Source of the DNA: Anthoceros angustus
Taxonomy: Eukaryota; Plantae; Anthocerotophyta
Direction: 5' to 3'
Assembly (NCBI GenBank): GCA_010909165.1
Contig: MU008166.1
Coordinates: 1,782,723-1,846,722 of the forward strand
Length of the DNA stretch: 64,000 nucleotides
The notes beneath the pieces are model-generated. The model ran no database searches. It was given only the letters and a program-made list of their open reading frames with translations, and was not told the origin of the DNA. Made by a program: the position numbers and the translations under genes. Numbering within the stretch: position 1 is the stretch's first letter; each line of letters begins with the position of its first letter. This document shows positions 1-13,653 of the stretch, one piece after another.

Positions 1-469
1 AGTCATTGAAGAGTGCGGCTCGGCGACTCATCCATGCCTTGCATCGACATCGAGTCAAGAACCACCGCCATATTCGGATGCGGTCCATATCGTCCGCCTC
101 AAAGTTATCGCTCTCCTCCATTGCTTGCTCGCCTTCAATAGTATCATTCCCCGGGCCCACCATCCGACGGTGTGGACCGCCACACAAGATCTAGGGTTTG
201 CCGACCTCATCCAAAAGGTCGCCAAGTAGTCTTCAACCTTCCGCACTCAATGCAACCACTTGGGCTTTAAGGCAATGCCGCCCCTTAAAATGAACAAAGT
301 TAGTTGCCCATGCGCCCATGCAAGCATCCTTAAAATCAACAAAGTTGAGTTATTAAAAGATATGGGTTTTGAACCCAAAACCTATTCATTACTAAACCTT
401 TTTCCCAAACACTAGACCAACAATCCCAAGTTACAAACTTATTGAGCCACTACATATTGATTTTCAAAA

Positions 470-2650
470 TGAGGAGGAGGGCCGGCGCCGGCGCCCATGG
501 GTGGGGAGAGGCGCCGGCCACCCCATGGGCAAGGCATGGTTTGGGCTGGGCCCCAAGGAGGGCAGGCGGCCGGCGCGCCCATGGGTGGTGTGCTAGGGAG
601 GGCGCCGCATGGGTGGTGCTAGGGGAGGACGCCACCGGGCCGGCCCCATGGTGGTGGTGGCAGAGGAGGGCGCCCCGGGCCGCCCATGCGGTATGTGGGA
701 GGGGCGCCGGCCGGCCGCCCATGGGTGGTGTTAGGGAGGGCGCCGGCCGCCATGACTGTGGTGGCAGGGGAGGGCAGCCGCCGACGGCCTCCCCCGCTCC
801 ACCCGCACCACCCGGGTAACGGGTGGTGCGCGCAGCGGCCGCCTCCCTCCACGCCACCCGGTGGGCCCACGCGTGAGGGCGCCGGCCGGCGCCGCCGCGC
901 CTCCACCCATCCGGGTGGTGGTGGGAGGGCGGGCGCCGGCCATCCCTCCGCTGCACCACCAGAACGACGGGTGGTGCGCGAGGGGCGCCGGCCGGCGCTC
1001 TCCCCCCGCACTACCCTTATGCCCGACGGGGGTGAGAGGGGGCCGGCCGGCGCCTCCGCGTGCCCATTGTGGCCTCCTTCCACGCACTTCGTGACGCGTG
1101 GCACTTCCATCGAAAATTCGAGGCTAACCTTAGAAGCAACCTTGGAATGAAGGCTAACCTTAGAAGCAAATGCGAAATCGAGCCAAGATTTGGTCACGAG
1201 TGTAGAGGGTACTCTCCTAAACATCTATGTGGACAAAAAGCGATAAGGGATAAGCTCATGAGTTGCGTGGCTTAATACAACTCATGAGTCAAAGTGCCCA
1301 AGATAATGATGACAATGGAGGAGAAGTCGACCAAGTGATGACGAAGGATTGAACTCGGGATGAGGAAATCGAAATCTGCTTTTTCCGGTCCCGAGTTAAT
1401 GTTGTAAGTCCGTTGCGATGTTACCGTGTTAGGGAAATACCGTCTGGCTTTTGTGGTGTCATAACAAAACCACATTTTCCTCCCAAAATCGAGTTTACGT
1501 CCCTTCCCAGAACGGCCTTCCTCACCGCTCCTACTTTGCATTATTCCTAGGTTCGAGTTTGTGACCACCATTCGACACAAACATTGCCGGATGGAAAGTA
1601 GTAACTTTATCGGGTGACACCTTTTTTCGAGTGTTTAATGCCTTCAAAACGCTGTTTTAGGGCCCATAAAAAACCCCCTTCAGAGATTATTTGCGGAAAA
1701 CCCCCTTCGAGATTATTCACCCCCTTCAAAAATTATCATGTTAGTTCAAAAAGGACCAAGGAAAAGAGAAGAAGCAGGACGACAAGAAGGCGACTTCGAA
1801 TGTCAGGTTGGAAGAGTTAAATTCTGTTGAGGACGGAGATGTCCTTATCTCTTCTTACTTGAATGCTGCACAATTAACAGCCGTGGATAGTCATTTATTC
1901 TGCAATTGGATAATTGACTCTGGTGCATCTTTCCATGTTACTCCTCATAGAGAGTGGTTTAGCACGTATGATGCTACAAGGAAAGGATGTGTTAGGCTTG
2001 GAAATAACTACGCATGCCGATCGCGTGGTGATGTGCAACTCAAGTTTGACAACGGATCTTCATTCATGTCAAGGACGTTAGGCATGTTCAAGTTGACAAA
2101 GAGCATGATTAGCGCAGATGCTTGGATGATGCGGTTACCACACGGTTTGGGGATCACTCTTGGAAGATCTCCAAAGGTTCTCTTGTGTTAGCTCGTGGAT
2201 CAAGTGTGGCACTTTGTACTCACTTAAACACCGCAAAGATCATGTGATCGCAGAGCACCAAATGTTTCCTTGTGGCATTGCTGTTAGGACATATGTCTAA
2301 GGGAATGAAGGTTTTATCTCGCTCGTTATATCCTGTTCTTAACTTCTCCGATCTCGATGTGTGAGCACTGTTTATATGGGAAAGCAGACAAAATCATCAC
2401 ATCGAACAAGAGGTAAAAGTAGGAGTAAACCTCTTGAGTTGGTTCACGTGATGTATGTGGACCTATGCCTCATCTGCATCATTAGGCGGTGCCTCCTATT
2501 TTGTCACTTTATAGATGATTTCTCACGCAAGGTGTGGGTTTATCCTTTGAGGAAAAAGGATGAAGTTCGACGGTGTTGAAATTTGTCACCCTTGTAGAGA
2601 ATCCGCCACCGATTGAAGTGTCTAAGACGATAATGGTGGAGAGTATGTCG
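470..2650 (+). mobile_element. Ty1/copia LTR retrotransposon, partial copy 1 (GC-rich leader, protease, GAG-pre-integrase, integrase N-terminus)
   Basis: ORF 1808-2191 has copia protease WIIDSGASFHVTPHREWFSTY. 2361-2579 has KPLELVH...FIDDFSRKVWVYPLRKKDEV (integrase). Many frameshifts. Near-duplicate of 2655-4520. Confidence 0.85.
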
Positions 2651-2654
2651 CCTC

Positions 2655-5600
2655 TAGCTCACCCGCCGCACCAGCGGTGGGCAAGCGGGTGGTGCTGGCG
2701 GCCGGCCCGGCGGCGCCCTCCTCCACGCACCGTGTGGGCCTCGTATGGGTGGTGCGTGGAGGGAGGCGCCCGCGGCCCGCCGCGCTCCACCCGCCAATCG
2801 TGGTGGTGCGGGGCGGCGGCGGCGCCATCCTCCCCACGCACCGTGTAAACCCTACGGGTGGTGCGGCGGATGGGGAGGCGGCCCGGCCGGCGCTCTCCTC
2901 ACGCACCCGCCTTATGCCCGGGGTGGAGTCACGAGGAGCCGGGCCGGCCCTCCGCGTGCCCGTGGCCTTCCCGCACCCCACATCGTGGCACTTCCATCGA
3001 AAATTCAGTAGGCTAACCTTAGAAGCAACCTTGGAATGAAGGCTAACCTTAGAAGCAAATGCCGTTTGAAATCGAGCGAGCATTTGGTCGGTCGAGTGTA
3101 GAGGGTACTCCTCCCGGAAACATCTGTATGCGGTGGACAAAAAAGCGATAAGAGATAAGCTCTGCGAGTTGCGTGGCTTAATACAACCAGTCAAAGTCTT
3201 GCGAAGATAATGATGACAATGGAGGAGAAGGCTGGACCAAGTGATGACGAAGGATTGAACTCGGGATGAGTGAAATCTCGTTTTCCGGGTCCCGAGTTAA
3301 TGTTGTAAAGTCACAGTTCTTGATATTCTTGTGTTAGGAAATATCGTCTGGCTTTTGTGGTGTCATAACAAAACCACATTTTCCTCCCAAAAGCGAGTTC
3401 TGATCCCTTCCGGCGGCCTTCCTCACGTTCCTACTTTGCATTATTCCGTAGGTTCGAGTTTGTGACCACCATTCGACACAAACATTCTTTGGATGGAAAG
3501 TAGTAACTTCTTTGGGTGACACCTTTTTTTGATAATGCCTTCAAAAGCTGTTTTCCCATAAAACCCCTTCGGAGATTATTTGGAAAACCCCCTTGAGATT
3601 ATTCACCCCTTCAAAAATTATCATGTTAGTTCAAAAAGGACCAAGAAAGAAGCGGGGCGACAAGAAGCGACGAATCGAGTTGGAAGAGTTAAATTACATT
3701 GAGACGGAGATGTCCTTATCTCTTCTTACTTGAATCTTGCACAATTAACCGTGGATAGTCATTTATTACGCAATTGGATAATTGACTCGGTGCATCTTTC
3801 CATGTTACTCCTCATAGAGAGTGGTTTAACACGTATGATGCTACAAGGAAAGGATGTGTTAGGCTTGGAAATAACTATATGCGGATCGCGGGCGTTGGTG
3901 ATGTCAACTCAAGTTTGACAACGGATCTTCATTCATCTTTGAAGGGCGTTAGGCATGTTCGAAGTTGACAAAAGCATGATTAGCGCGGCGGTTGGATGAT
4001 CTTTGGTTACCACTTCTGGTTTGGGGATCACTCTTGGAAGATCTCCAAAGGTTCTCTTGTGTTAGCTCGTGGATCGAGTGTGGCACTTTGTACTCACTTG
4101 ATCGTAAGATGTGATCATGTGATGAGCGACCAAATGTTTCCTTGTGGCATTGCGGTTAGGACATATGTCTCGAAGGGAATGAAGGTTTTATCTCGTTACG
4201 GTTATATCCTGTTCTTAACTTCTCTCGATCTCGATGTGTGAGCCTTTGTTTATATGGGAAGCAGACAAAATCATCACATCGAACAAGAGGTAAAAGTAGG
4301 AGTAAACCTCTTGAGTTGGTTCACTGATGTATGTGGACCTATGCCTCTCATCATTAGGCGGTGCCTCCTTTTTGTCACTTTCATAGATGATTTCTCACGC
4401 AAGGTGTGGGTTTATCCTTTGAGGAAAAAGGATGAAGTTACGGCGGTGTTTGAAATTTGTCACCCTTAGAGAAATCGATGCCACATTGAAGTGTCTAGAC
4501 GGATAATGGTGGAAGTATGTTTGAAAGCTTTCGGTCATTACATGATTCCAAGGGAATCAAGAGAATTACGTAGTATACTCCTCCACAAAATGGTGTGTGG
4601 CGGATGAGCAGAACCATTCGGGAGAGGATCGTGGTTGTTGTCAAACTACGGATTGCCTAATGGGTTTTGGGCGAGCGATGTCTCTGCTTCATCTTATTAA
4701 CGGATCTCCTAATAAAATTTGATGGCGAGTTCGAGGAGCTATAGTGGAAAGAAACCATCCTACAAGCATCTGCGAGTGTTTGGTATGAGGCATCTTGCCA
4801 TGTTCCAAAAGAGTTTGGGACAAGTTGGCACCTAAGTCCAAGAAATGTATTTTTCTTGGCTATGGTGATTACGGTGAGATGGGATACCGTTTGTGGGATC
4901 GAGGCTAGAAAGGTTGTTCGTACTAACGGCGTGTTCTTCAATGAGAACAAGATGCACAGGAAGCCTACTCCAAGCTGTGGAGTGCGAAGGGTGATCTTCA
5001 AGAAGATGGACATGATCATCATGGCGGGTTGATACTTGGTAATGTGCGGGGCACATTCCTCCACCGATAGATGAACCAAGAGTCGAACAAGCACCTATAG
5101 AGGTGCACACAGCTTCGTGGGTCGCGGATTACACCTCGGCGGTATGATCCATCTGGATTATGTTATCTTGACAGTTGTGGGGAACCCTCTTCTTACAAAG
5201 AGGCCATGTCAATGAGTAACAAGAGAAGTGGGAGAAGGCCATGCGATCGAAATGAATTGCATAAGAACCAAACTTGGGAGTTGGTTGTTGCCTAGGATAA
5301 GAAGGGGCATACTGATGGCAAAGTACAAGGGTGTGCTAAAGCAAGGCATTGACTTTGATGAGATTTTCTCACGATGGTCAAAATGACAACTGCGATGTGT
5401 TCTTGCTTTGGTTGCGGGAATGATATGGAACTTATGCGGATGGATGTCAAGGCGGCATTCTTGCATGGTGACCTTCAAGAGGGGCGTACATGCGAACGGA
5501 AGGTTTTGTTGAGAAGGGCAAGAATCGGTGTGCGAGTTGAGGAAGAGCCTTTATGGTTTTGAAGCAGGCACCAGTGGTATCACAAGTTCCACTCATTTAT

Positions 5601-6627
5601 GCTTTCTCAAGGCTACAAGCGTAGCGATGAGGATCATTGCCTCTATCTGAAGCAAGCTAAGGATCAAAGCTTGCTCATTTTGATCCTCTATGTGGATGAT
5701 ATGCTAATTCTTTGGGGAAGATCTTGATGAGATTTGTTGAAGTCAAAGTTGAATGCTCACTTTGAAATGAGACTTGGGAGGCGAGCCATATACTTGGCAT
5801 GCGTATTCGTCGGAGCAGGACATACCTTTATTTGTCTCGACGGAATACATTGAGGTGCTTCAACGTTTCAACATGGAGAAGGGAAGCCATTGGGTACTCC
5901 ATTGCCTCCATATGTGAAACTTTCAAGCGGATTGCCCAAGCTACGAGGAGGACAAATGAAATGGAGAAGGTCCCATACTCATCTGTAGGGAGTTTGATGT
6001 ATGCAATGATTGCTACGTCCGACATTGCCTTTGCGGTGGGAGTGGTTAGCGAGTTTATGTCAAACCACGGCAAGAAGCATTGGGAGGCGATAAAAGGAGT
6101 TATGAGGTATCCAGATGGTACAAAAGCTTTGTGCATATGTTTTGGTAGTGAAGATGCATGTGGTTGGGTACAGATCTTGATTATCGAGGATATGGACAAA
6201 AGGAGGTCCACATCGGTTATGTCTGTCTTGTGCCTTTGGAGGCGATCTCATGGCGATCTCGTTTGCGATCGTGCATTCGCTATCTACCACAGAGGCCGAG
6301 TATGTTGCGGCAGGCTTGCAAGGAAGCCATATGGCTTGCTCGTTTAGTGGGAGACTTGGGGATCAAGGTTGTGCCGGTGTTGCATTGTGATAGCAGTGCT
6401 ATCAATTGGCAAAGAATCCGATGTTTCATGCGAAGACTAAACATGTGGATGTGAAGTATCACTTCATTCGAGAGGTGTTGGATGACAAGAGGGTACAACT
6501 TGTCAAGGTTCACAGAACCTAAGATATTCTTACCAAGGGACTCTACGACAATTTGCACAAGCTCGGACAGATGGGCATGAGGTAGTCCATTCTCCTCTGA
6601 AGGTAAATTGGCCTTTAAGTGGGAGGT
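2655..6627 (+). mobile_element. Ty1/copia internal region copy 2: degenerate pol (PR-INT-RT-RNase H) ending in a polypurine tract
   Basis: WIIDS (3775), TDVCGPMP/FIDDFSRKVW (4320-4420), RT MDVKAAFLHGDL (5440-5476), LYVDDML (5686-5706), VPYSSVGSLMYAMIAT and RNase H HCDS...KHVDVKYHFIRE (6380-6475). PPT AAGTGGGAGG at 6617-6626. Confidence 0.9.
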
Positions 6628-6900
6628 TGTAAGGGTATTAAAGCCCAATGTACTTAGACTAATACACTTAGTCTAAGTTAGGTGTCATATCATTAGTTTA
6701 GAAGCTAATCACTAGGAAGCTTCTTGTGCTCCTTCCTAGGGGCTTCTTGTGGAGCTTCCTAGGGAGCCCTATTGGAGGGTATAAATACCCTCAGAGCCTC
6801 ATCTCAATGTGAGAGAGTTACACTTGCCTCCTCCTCTCCTCTCCTCTTTCCACCATCATGGGCTGCCACACGATCCTTCAATAGAGTAGCCCCTAGGCTT
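6628..6900 (+). repeat. 3' LTR of the copia element (right boundary uncertain)
   Basis: Begins TGTAAGGG directly after the PPT. TATAAATA at 6780-6787 is followed by a CT-rich tract, a typical U3/R layout. Confidence 0.7.
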
Positions 6901-7005
6901 CATTAGATGATGCTTTAGAAGAATCTTTGCATCCCTTCGAAAGAGCAAGGTGTGGCTTGGCAATTCCTTCAAGGCACCCTCCCTAATGCAGACCACTAGG
7001 GTGGT

Positions 7006-7160
7006 TTGTTTCTTGCCACTAGAATCGAGAATTGTACCCTCTACACAATGGGCGGAGCACACAAGAGTCAACACATTTTTTTCCACTGTCACATACCCAA
7101 GATGGTATGGGAGGCAATACTCAGGTGGATCACTCTGCCCATACCATCTCTACCGACTAA
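7006..7160 (+). mobile_element. L1-type LINE ORF2 C-terminal zinc-finger (zf-RVT-like) remnant
   Basis: IENCTL...SQHIFFHCHIPKMVWEAILRW resembles the C..C..E..HIFF.C....W motif of plant L1 elements. Confidence 0.4.
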
Positions 7161-7699
7161 CGCAGAGCGTAAGTCTGCGCAATATCGGATTCCAGGAAAT
7201 GGGTACTTTGGGCAAAAGCGACAGAACTTTCCCATCATCATATCCAAAAAGCATGTCCCGAGAAACCATGCGTTATTGCGGGTTTTGAAGAAATTTGGCA
7301 TCCACTTTTCTGAGACGGAAAAGAACGTGGCCAAAAAATTATTGTCTTTGAATTCATTCCTCCAAAACTTGAGAAAAGTGTAGGGGGAGCGGTGGATGCG
7401 TTTGAACATTTGTCTTACAGGGGTCTTATCATGTGTTGTCCTAAAAAATAAGGTCCATCGAATAGAGACACGGTTTTGGCGATTTGGAACATAATCGCAA
7501 ATTACATGTTGTACCGTCATTGTGTGCCCATACTGCACTTGGTTAAGCCGTTTATGTCCATGGGGAACACACAACCTATCCACTGAGAAGTGCACGGCCA
7601 CCGGCGATACCTTCCCCACACCAAAGACTAGTAGGAGTCCATGGTCAATAAAACTAACTAATCAACTCCATGAACCATGTTCATCAAGTGTTTCAATGT

Positions 7700-10150
7700 C
7701 CTCGCCTCGATGCAACATCTTCTCGCAACGCCATCATCCGCAGCCCTTCCTTCCATATGTTCCGAGCTTCCTCCGCAGGCGCAAAACGCATATGTTTTTC
7801 CGTGACATGGTTCTCGTCCTTGCATTTAGTTGCTTCGCTTTGTTAGAGAAAACCCGTATGCCAAGATGAATGTGTCCGAAGAAGCAATTTGTCGACGTGT
7901 TTCCGCAACCTCATGCTCCGTGCTGAGAGCGACCCCACGACCGCCGCTGGTGGTCGATCGTAAAATCATCTCCTCTAGGTACCGCCTTCAAATGCGCTGC
8001 ATTTAGTCACCCACCAATGGACTTTAATGAATGGGGCGCATTGAAGTCCACCAGAACTTTAAGCCGTAATGGTCGATTGTCGATCTGCCCCACAAGGCAC
8101 CGCAATCATGTGACCGCTTGTATCTCCAACACATCGCCGCTGCTTTCTTGTTCCCGCCACAAGATCATCCCGCTTCAGACTCCAACATACATGTCCGGCA
8201 CTTGCCGAACGATTGATGTCAGAAATCTGTAACCAACCAAGCGATGCAACTCTTCATTAGTGTTCTATCTACCATTGCCAAGGGGTCTTCAATTCCTCAA
8301 AGATGCTCACATGCTATCTTGTCCACGATGGTCTCACCCTGCATTCCTCCCACCAAATATCCTCACCGCCCAAATGGGTCCCGAAGTTTTCCTCTAGTTT
8401 CCCACGCATTGTCGCAAGACTTCTTTCGGATCTCTCCTCCGCAACCGCTTTTTACTGGACCTCCAAATGAACCAAACGAAAATTTTGAATAGGAGTAGAT
8501 GGGACATTATTCAAAACTCCAAACCCTCGTCCGTGACCAGATTCATCGCTGAATATTGTTTGCCCCTCATCAAGAATAAGTCTCACACCGCTTTCGGGTT
8601 ATTTTGAACCGATGTCGAAAAGATATATTGTGCAACTGTTTCACCGCAAAGAATCGCTTATAGCCACCATAAGGTATTGGCCACACAAACTTTCTAAGTC
8701 CGGAACTTCTTTCACCTCCATAATTTTGGTTTGGGCGATATGCATTCTCCAAAATACCACTACTTTGGGCAACAAAGCTTCCTTCCGCAAGCACCATTGA
8801 AAACCTCGAAAACATCCGTCAACTCGGTCATGAGTGTGCCCAACTGTGAGGAATCCTACTTTTACCTTCTCAAAACCTTAAGCTCTACCAACATATTCGT
8901 GTAAGCTTAACAGGGCATTCTTATTCTCCCGCAGATTGTCGAGTTGAAGATAAAGAACCTTTGGTAGTAGTCCTCGTAATTTGAAATGACATGCCGGATA
9001 TTGGCTATAGTCGTTTGCATCGCTTGATGTTCCCGTGCCATGAAGAGTTCCCGACATGGTGTAGTTATAAATCATGCACCCCACAACATGGACGCCGATC
9101 AAACCTACATCCGACAGTCCTTGGGTAAACGCGTGAAATGTGGAAGCCGTGGTCTTCTGGTCCATCCTGGCCGATGGATATCCCGATATACTTTGCCGGT
9201 CTCCATAACATTTCACGGTGCTTGATGCATTTTTCTCTCTTCGAGAGCTGTGCCGCCGCGCCTTCAAATGCTTCGCAAAATAATCACCCAAACAACGTTG
9301 AGGAATAAACGCCGCCTGGAAGGAATAACGCAATACGAAAAGCGCACCGGCCGACTTACAAACCACGCCCGGCCGGCGAGCCAGACAGGCCGACCGGGCA
9401 CTATCGCCGAGGACCGACCGACACGCGCCATACGGGCCGACGCGCACATCCCCCACCGCATTGCCAAAACACAATTTCACATCAAGCCTCACCTTGTTTT
9501 TCTCGCTTTTCTCGCTTTATATTTCGCTTGAGGTAATCGCAGGTTGTGCACAAGGCAAACCGATTGCTCTTCGAATTTTGACCTTGTGGAAGTGCGAGCC
9601 CAAAGTCGATAAAAGTAGGAATGAGAAACATCACTTGAGCGCTGCATATGTTGCTTGTATCAAAGTCACACTCGCCTTATAGACATGTGACATAAGGTGA
9701 TACCGTGGTGTTGGATGATTTACAAGCGCTTGATCGATGGACCGATGCGAACGGCCAGACGATGGACCTTGAATGAGAGTGCAGCCACTTCTAGAAAATG
9801 ATGGCATAAGATGAGGTGGATGCATCGAATTTGTAATGGGCCTATTTTAGGCATTTGAGGTTAAATGAATGATGACCGTGTTCAAGGAACCTACCGCTAC
9901 TTCGAGCCGCTTTAGCCTAACTAGCGTGTTAAGGCTTTATCGTAATCCCGCTGATGCGCTTCAAACATCCATATTTCATTTCCACGGCTCGAGCCTCCTT
10001 TTCATCAAGAGTTCGAGAGTCCGACGACTTCTTACTTCCTCCCGCCAACTTCCCGCATGCAGGTTTTTGAAGATTGCGGGATGGTGATCGCGAGGACGCC
10101 ACGAGCAATAAGCATGCAGATCGACCCCGCTGGAGGCGCCCGCCACGCAT
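7700..10150 (-). mobile_element. Degenerate Sola-like / DUF7869 DDD DNA transposase, family A, with an intron
   Basis: Minus-strand fragments in order: FYRLW..HFHKVKI....RF.LCTTC then a GTGAGG donor (~9493); MDQK...GVHVVGCMIYNY; LPKVLYLQLDN.RENKN (8900-8975); VGHTHD.VD (~8820-8845); LRGK...DEGLEF (~8520-8570); DVLEIQ.GHMIAV (~8100-8135); DTFILAYGFSLT (~7840-7880). Confidence 0.75.
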
Positions 10151-11199
10151 CGTAGCAAAAATGCAAATGCGTCGCCGCAAGAGCAGCAGGATCGCCGCAA
10201 GGGCGTGCGGATGAGGGGATGCATCCCCGCGAATGTGGTAACAGAACCCCACCCGCTATTATGCAATTGAGAGAATCCTCTCATGGTAGTGTCCTATCGC
10301 CCACCTCAAAGGGTAGTCAACGGAGAGGATATGAAGACATTGATGGCCGCCGAGGGAGCACCAACCTCGTGGAAATGCCATCGATTCCTCATGCTTTTAA
10401 CTTTGTGGAGCGCTGAAAAGCTCCGATTCTCCGCTTCAACATGCATAAAGAGTGGAGCGTTGTTGCAAGAAGAACCCAAGATCCAGTCCGCCTTGGATTC
10501 CACCATCGCCTTATGGATTAACGGTTACAATGGTATTGAGGGGATTCCGCAAGAGTCGGATGGATTCTATGTGCAACAAGGACTAATGGGCGAAGATATG
10601 CACATACGCTTTTGGTCACCAAGAAACCTCATTTGCACATAAACGATGACATCAACACATCTCCCGACAATGGATGCATGATAATGCCTCGTCGGAGCGT
10701 GTGTTGAAATCGGCCTTGATTCCAAAAGTGTTCAAGATAAACATTTGACCATGTATCACTTCCCATTTTCGCTAGGGTTTCGCTTTGGTATACTCATTGT
10801 TTCTTTAAAATGAACAGGGAGAACAATTTTGTCAGGACTATAAGTGTCAAGAACAGAGGTGAGTGATCACGCTACGGTGATCGGGCAGCGAGGCGTTAAC
10901 GCACACCAATATCGCGGGTTCAAGGTGTACTGAATATCCCGATTTGCAACGAGATGGAGGAGGACATTCGCTCGCCGAGCCGAGCCTCCCAAGAGGAGAG
11001 CCCGCCTCTGGTCCAGCGAGGCACCGACCCGCCCATGGCTCGCAACATGTCCACCAGGGTCTTCGAATGAGGCTTTTGAGGAGGAGGTGACCTCTCGTGA
11101 GATTCTCGCAGGGCCGCGACCAGAAAGAAGAAGAATAATGCAATCGGCGGCTACAAGATGAGAAGGCGGAGTGGGATGCTCCAATAAAAACCGCCTCCG

Positions 11200-12900
11200 C
11201 TTTAAGCAAAGAATAATCTCTCATTGCAAGAAGTCCTGAGGAACTCCACCACCAAAGTGAATCTCAACGATGAGGATATGCATTGAAATAGTCCATCTCA
11301 ACAACAATCCGCATGGAGCGATGAAGGTGCCAGAGATCTTCCAAACGCCTCGACCCATCAAGATGGATTACGCACCACAAAAGTGTTGGCCTTGATGATC
11401 TCTTCATATGATCAATAGATGGGAATGGGCGTGGAGAAGATATGGCGGATCTTATTTCGCTGACATGGCAAGACGAAAGACTATGTCACCAAAGATTCGC
11501 TTTGCGGATCCCAGTGAAAGTTTGATCCTCAAAAGCTCAAGATGGGTTATGCCGATAATTCACTTGATTTCGGAGAAAATCGGGTCCAAAATGCGTGAAA
11601 CTCAAGATGAGCCGTTGAACCGGGTCGAAAAACCGATTCACGTGGGGCCGCGAAGTTCGCCAACAAAGCGTTGCACGGATGAACGCTGTGGCTTCGGGCC
11701 GGGCTGAAACGTTGTCGCCCGCCTGGCGCCGGTCATGGCGCGCCCGTCTCGCGATGCTCCTGCCCGGCGAGGCGTGGCACTGCCCGGCTGGGGATGCCTG
11801 CTTCCGCCGATCCTAGTGGAGGGAGCGCCTCGCGTAAGAATTACTCGATTCGCCCACCTCGATCAAAATTCCGCGAAGAGGTGGAATTTTTCAATTTCGT
11901 GAGCCTGCGTTGGAGGCACCTGTGAGGGAAGGATCGGACGGGCGAGGCAGGGGCAGAGGCTGTGAGATGAGAAAATCTATGTGTGAAATGTAGATGGGGT
12001 TCTGCACCAAGATGGAAGGCGAATGTGAAGAATGCTCCAAGTGGTCGCCTCCCGCAATTATGCAATTGAAGAATCCTCCTCATGAAGTGTCCGGGAGGCT
12101 CCACTGGCACAAAGTTTGAATCGATTGATGAGAGCACATGATCCTCACTCAAATAGTCCCATCTCTCATAACTCAATGTGGGTGGAGCAAGTTGCAAGTG
12201 CCAGGATCTTCCAAACGCCTCGACCTATCAAGATGGACTTACGCAAGAACCCAAGTGTTGGCTGCTGAACCGATCTTTTCCTTCATATGATCAATGTGAG
12301 ATGGGAATCGAGTGGAGAAGTACTAGCCATGTATGTTGCATCTTATTTCCCTGCTGATAATATGCCAAGACGAGACCATGTCCACCAAAGATAATGCGCT
12401 TAAGGTGATCAAGTCAGAAGTTTGATCCTCAAAAGTCAAGATTCCGCCAGGTGGGCGGTCACTCAATCTTCACTTGCATAGGTGGTGGTGAAAAATGCCG
12501 GTCCAAATGCAACGGAAGATGAGGGGAAGGCGACCGATTCACCGTGGGGCCGCGAAGGTGTCGAACGAATGTGATTATGAACGCTTGGCCGGGCGACAAC
12601 TGAGGCTTTGCCGCCCGCGGGCGCCCGCCCTGGCCCCGGGCGAGGGACCCGCGCTCCGGGCGATGGCGTGCCTGTGCCGCCCGGCTGGGGAGGTCGCCCT
12701 CCGCCGATCCTGGGAGGCCGGGGCGCCTGCGTAAAATTACCCGATTCCATGTCAAAATGATCTCTGTGGAATTTTTCAATGGTGCACCGCCGCCGTTGGA
12801 GGCATCTCAGTGAGGGAAGGATCGGATGGGGCGGCACGTGCTGGGAGGAGGAGAGGAACAAACATCTATGTTTGGTTTGCTGCCGCAAATGTCTAGATTG
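11200..12900. repeat. Unclassified degenerate tandem duplication (~850-900 bp unit)
   Basis: GATCTTCCAAACGCCTCGACC at ~11335 and ~12205. ACCGATTCA(C)CGTGGGGCCGCGAAG at ~11632 and ~12533. A related piece lies at ~10250. No protein family recognised. Confidence 0.55.
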
Positions 12901-13653
12901 GGGTTCTCGAGGTTTCTCGCCTCAGCCTGAGCGCACTCACCGAGATTCACATCCGCCTGTGCTCCTATCCGCTTTTTCCAGAGGAGGAGGCCGAGACGCT
13001 GGGCGGATACATTCTGGGCAACAGCCGAGGGCGGCCTTTGCAGGGTCTGAGGGTCTTGCTCAAGAGATCAAGGGAGGTTCCTCTATTTCCCCTTGCTACT
13101 TTCTAATTCCAAATTGCCAATCATGATGCGGTGGCTCAAAACCATGACTAGATTTACATACTTAGATCGATCCTATGCAGGATGCGCTGATCCAGACAAG
13201 GTTGTCACAAGAGGGGAAGATACATTGTTACGGCCGCGCCATACATGATGAGCTTTCAATTATAGAACATCGTAATGCACAGATGCATGAGGCTAGATTG
13301 AGCCCCGATGCATACCATGGAAAATCTAGCGAGGATTGGCATCTCAGATCTACAGACACGAGATGCTATGTCACAAAGATCGTTGAGGATTAGCTCCAAA
13401 AATGTGGGTAAAGTGTGGAAGAAGTGTCCATTTTCTTAAGAGGATGTGAATTACTAAGACACAATTACTCCACGAATGAACGGTAGGAAGCACGGAAGAA
13501 AGCCAACACCCAACAACAGCCCCTAATCGACCCCCTCGTCCGCTCCAATGCTCTAAGGGCATGGAGAGTATTCCAAGGAGTCCCAAGGACGAGAAGGTGA
13601 AGAGATGTTGATAGTGACCTTAAGGTCATCCAAGGAAACCGCAGCTAAAAGAT

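Noticed and set aside
1-250. Acidic minus-strand reading frame at the window start
   Set aside because: Truncated and with no recognisable family motif.
13390-13450. Possible CCHC zinc knuckle (KCGRSVHF...C)
   Set aside because: Too degenerate and frameshifted to assign to an element.
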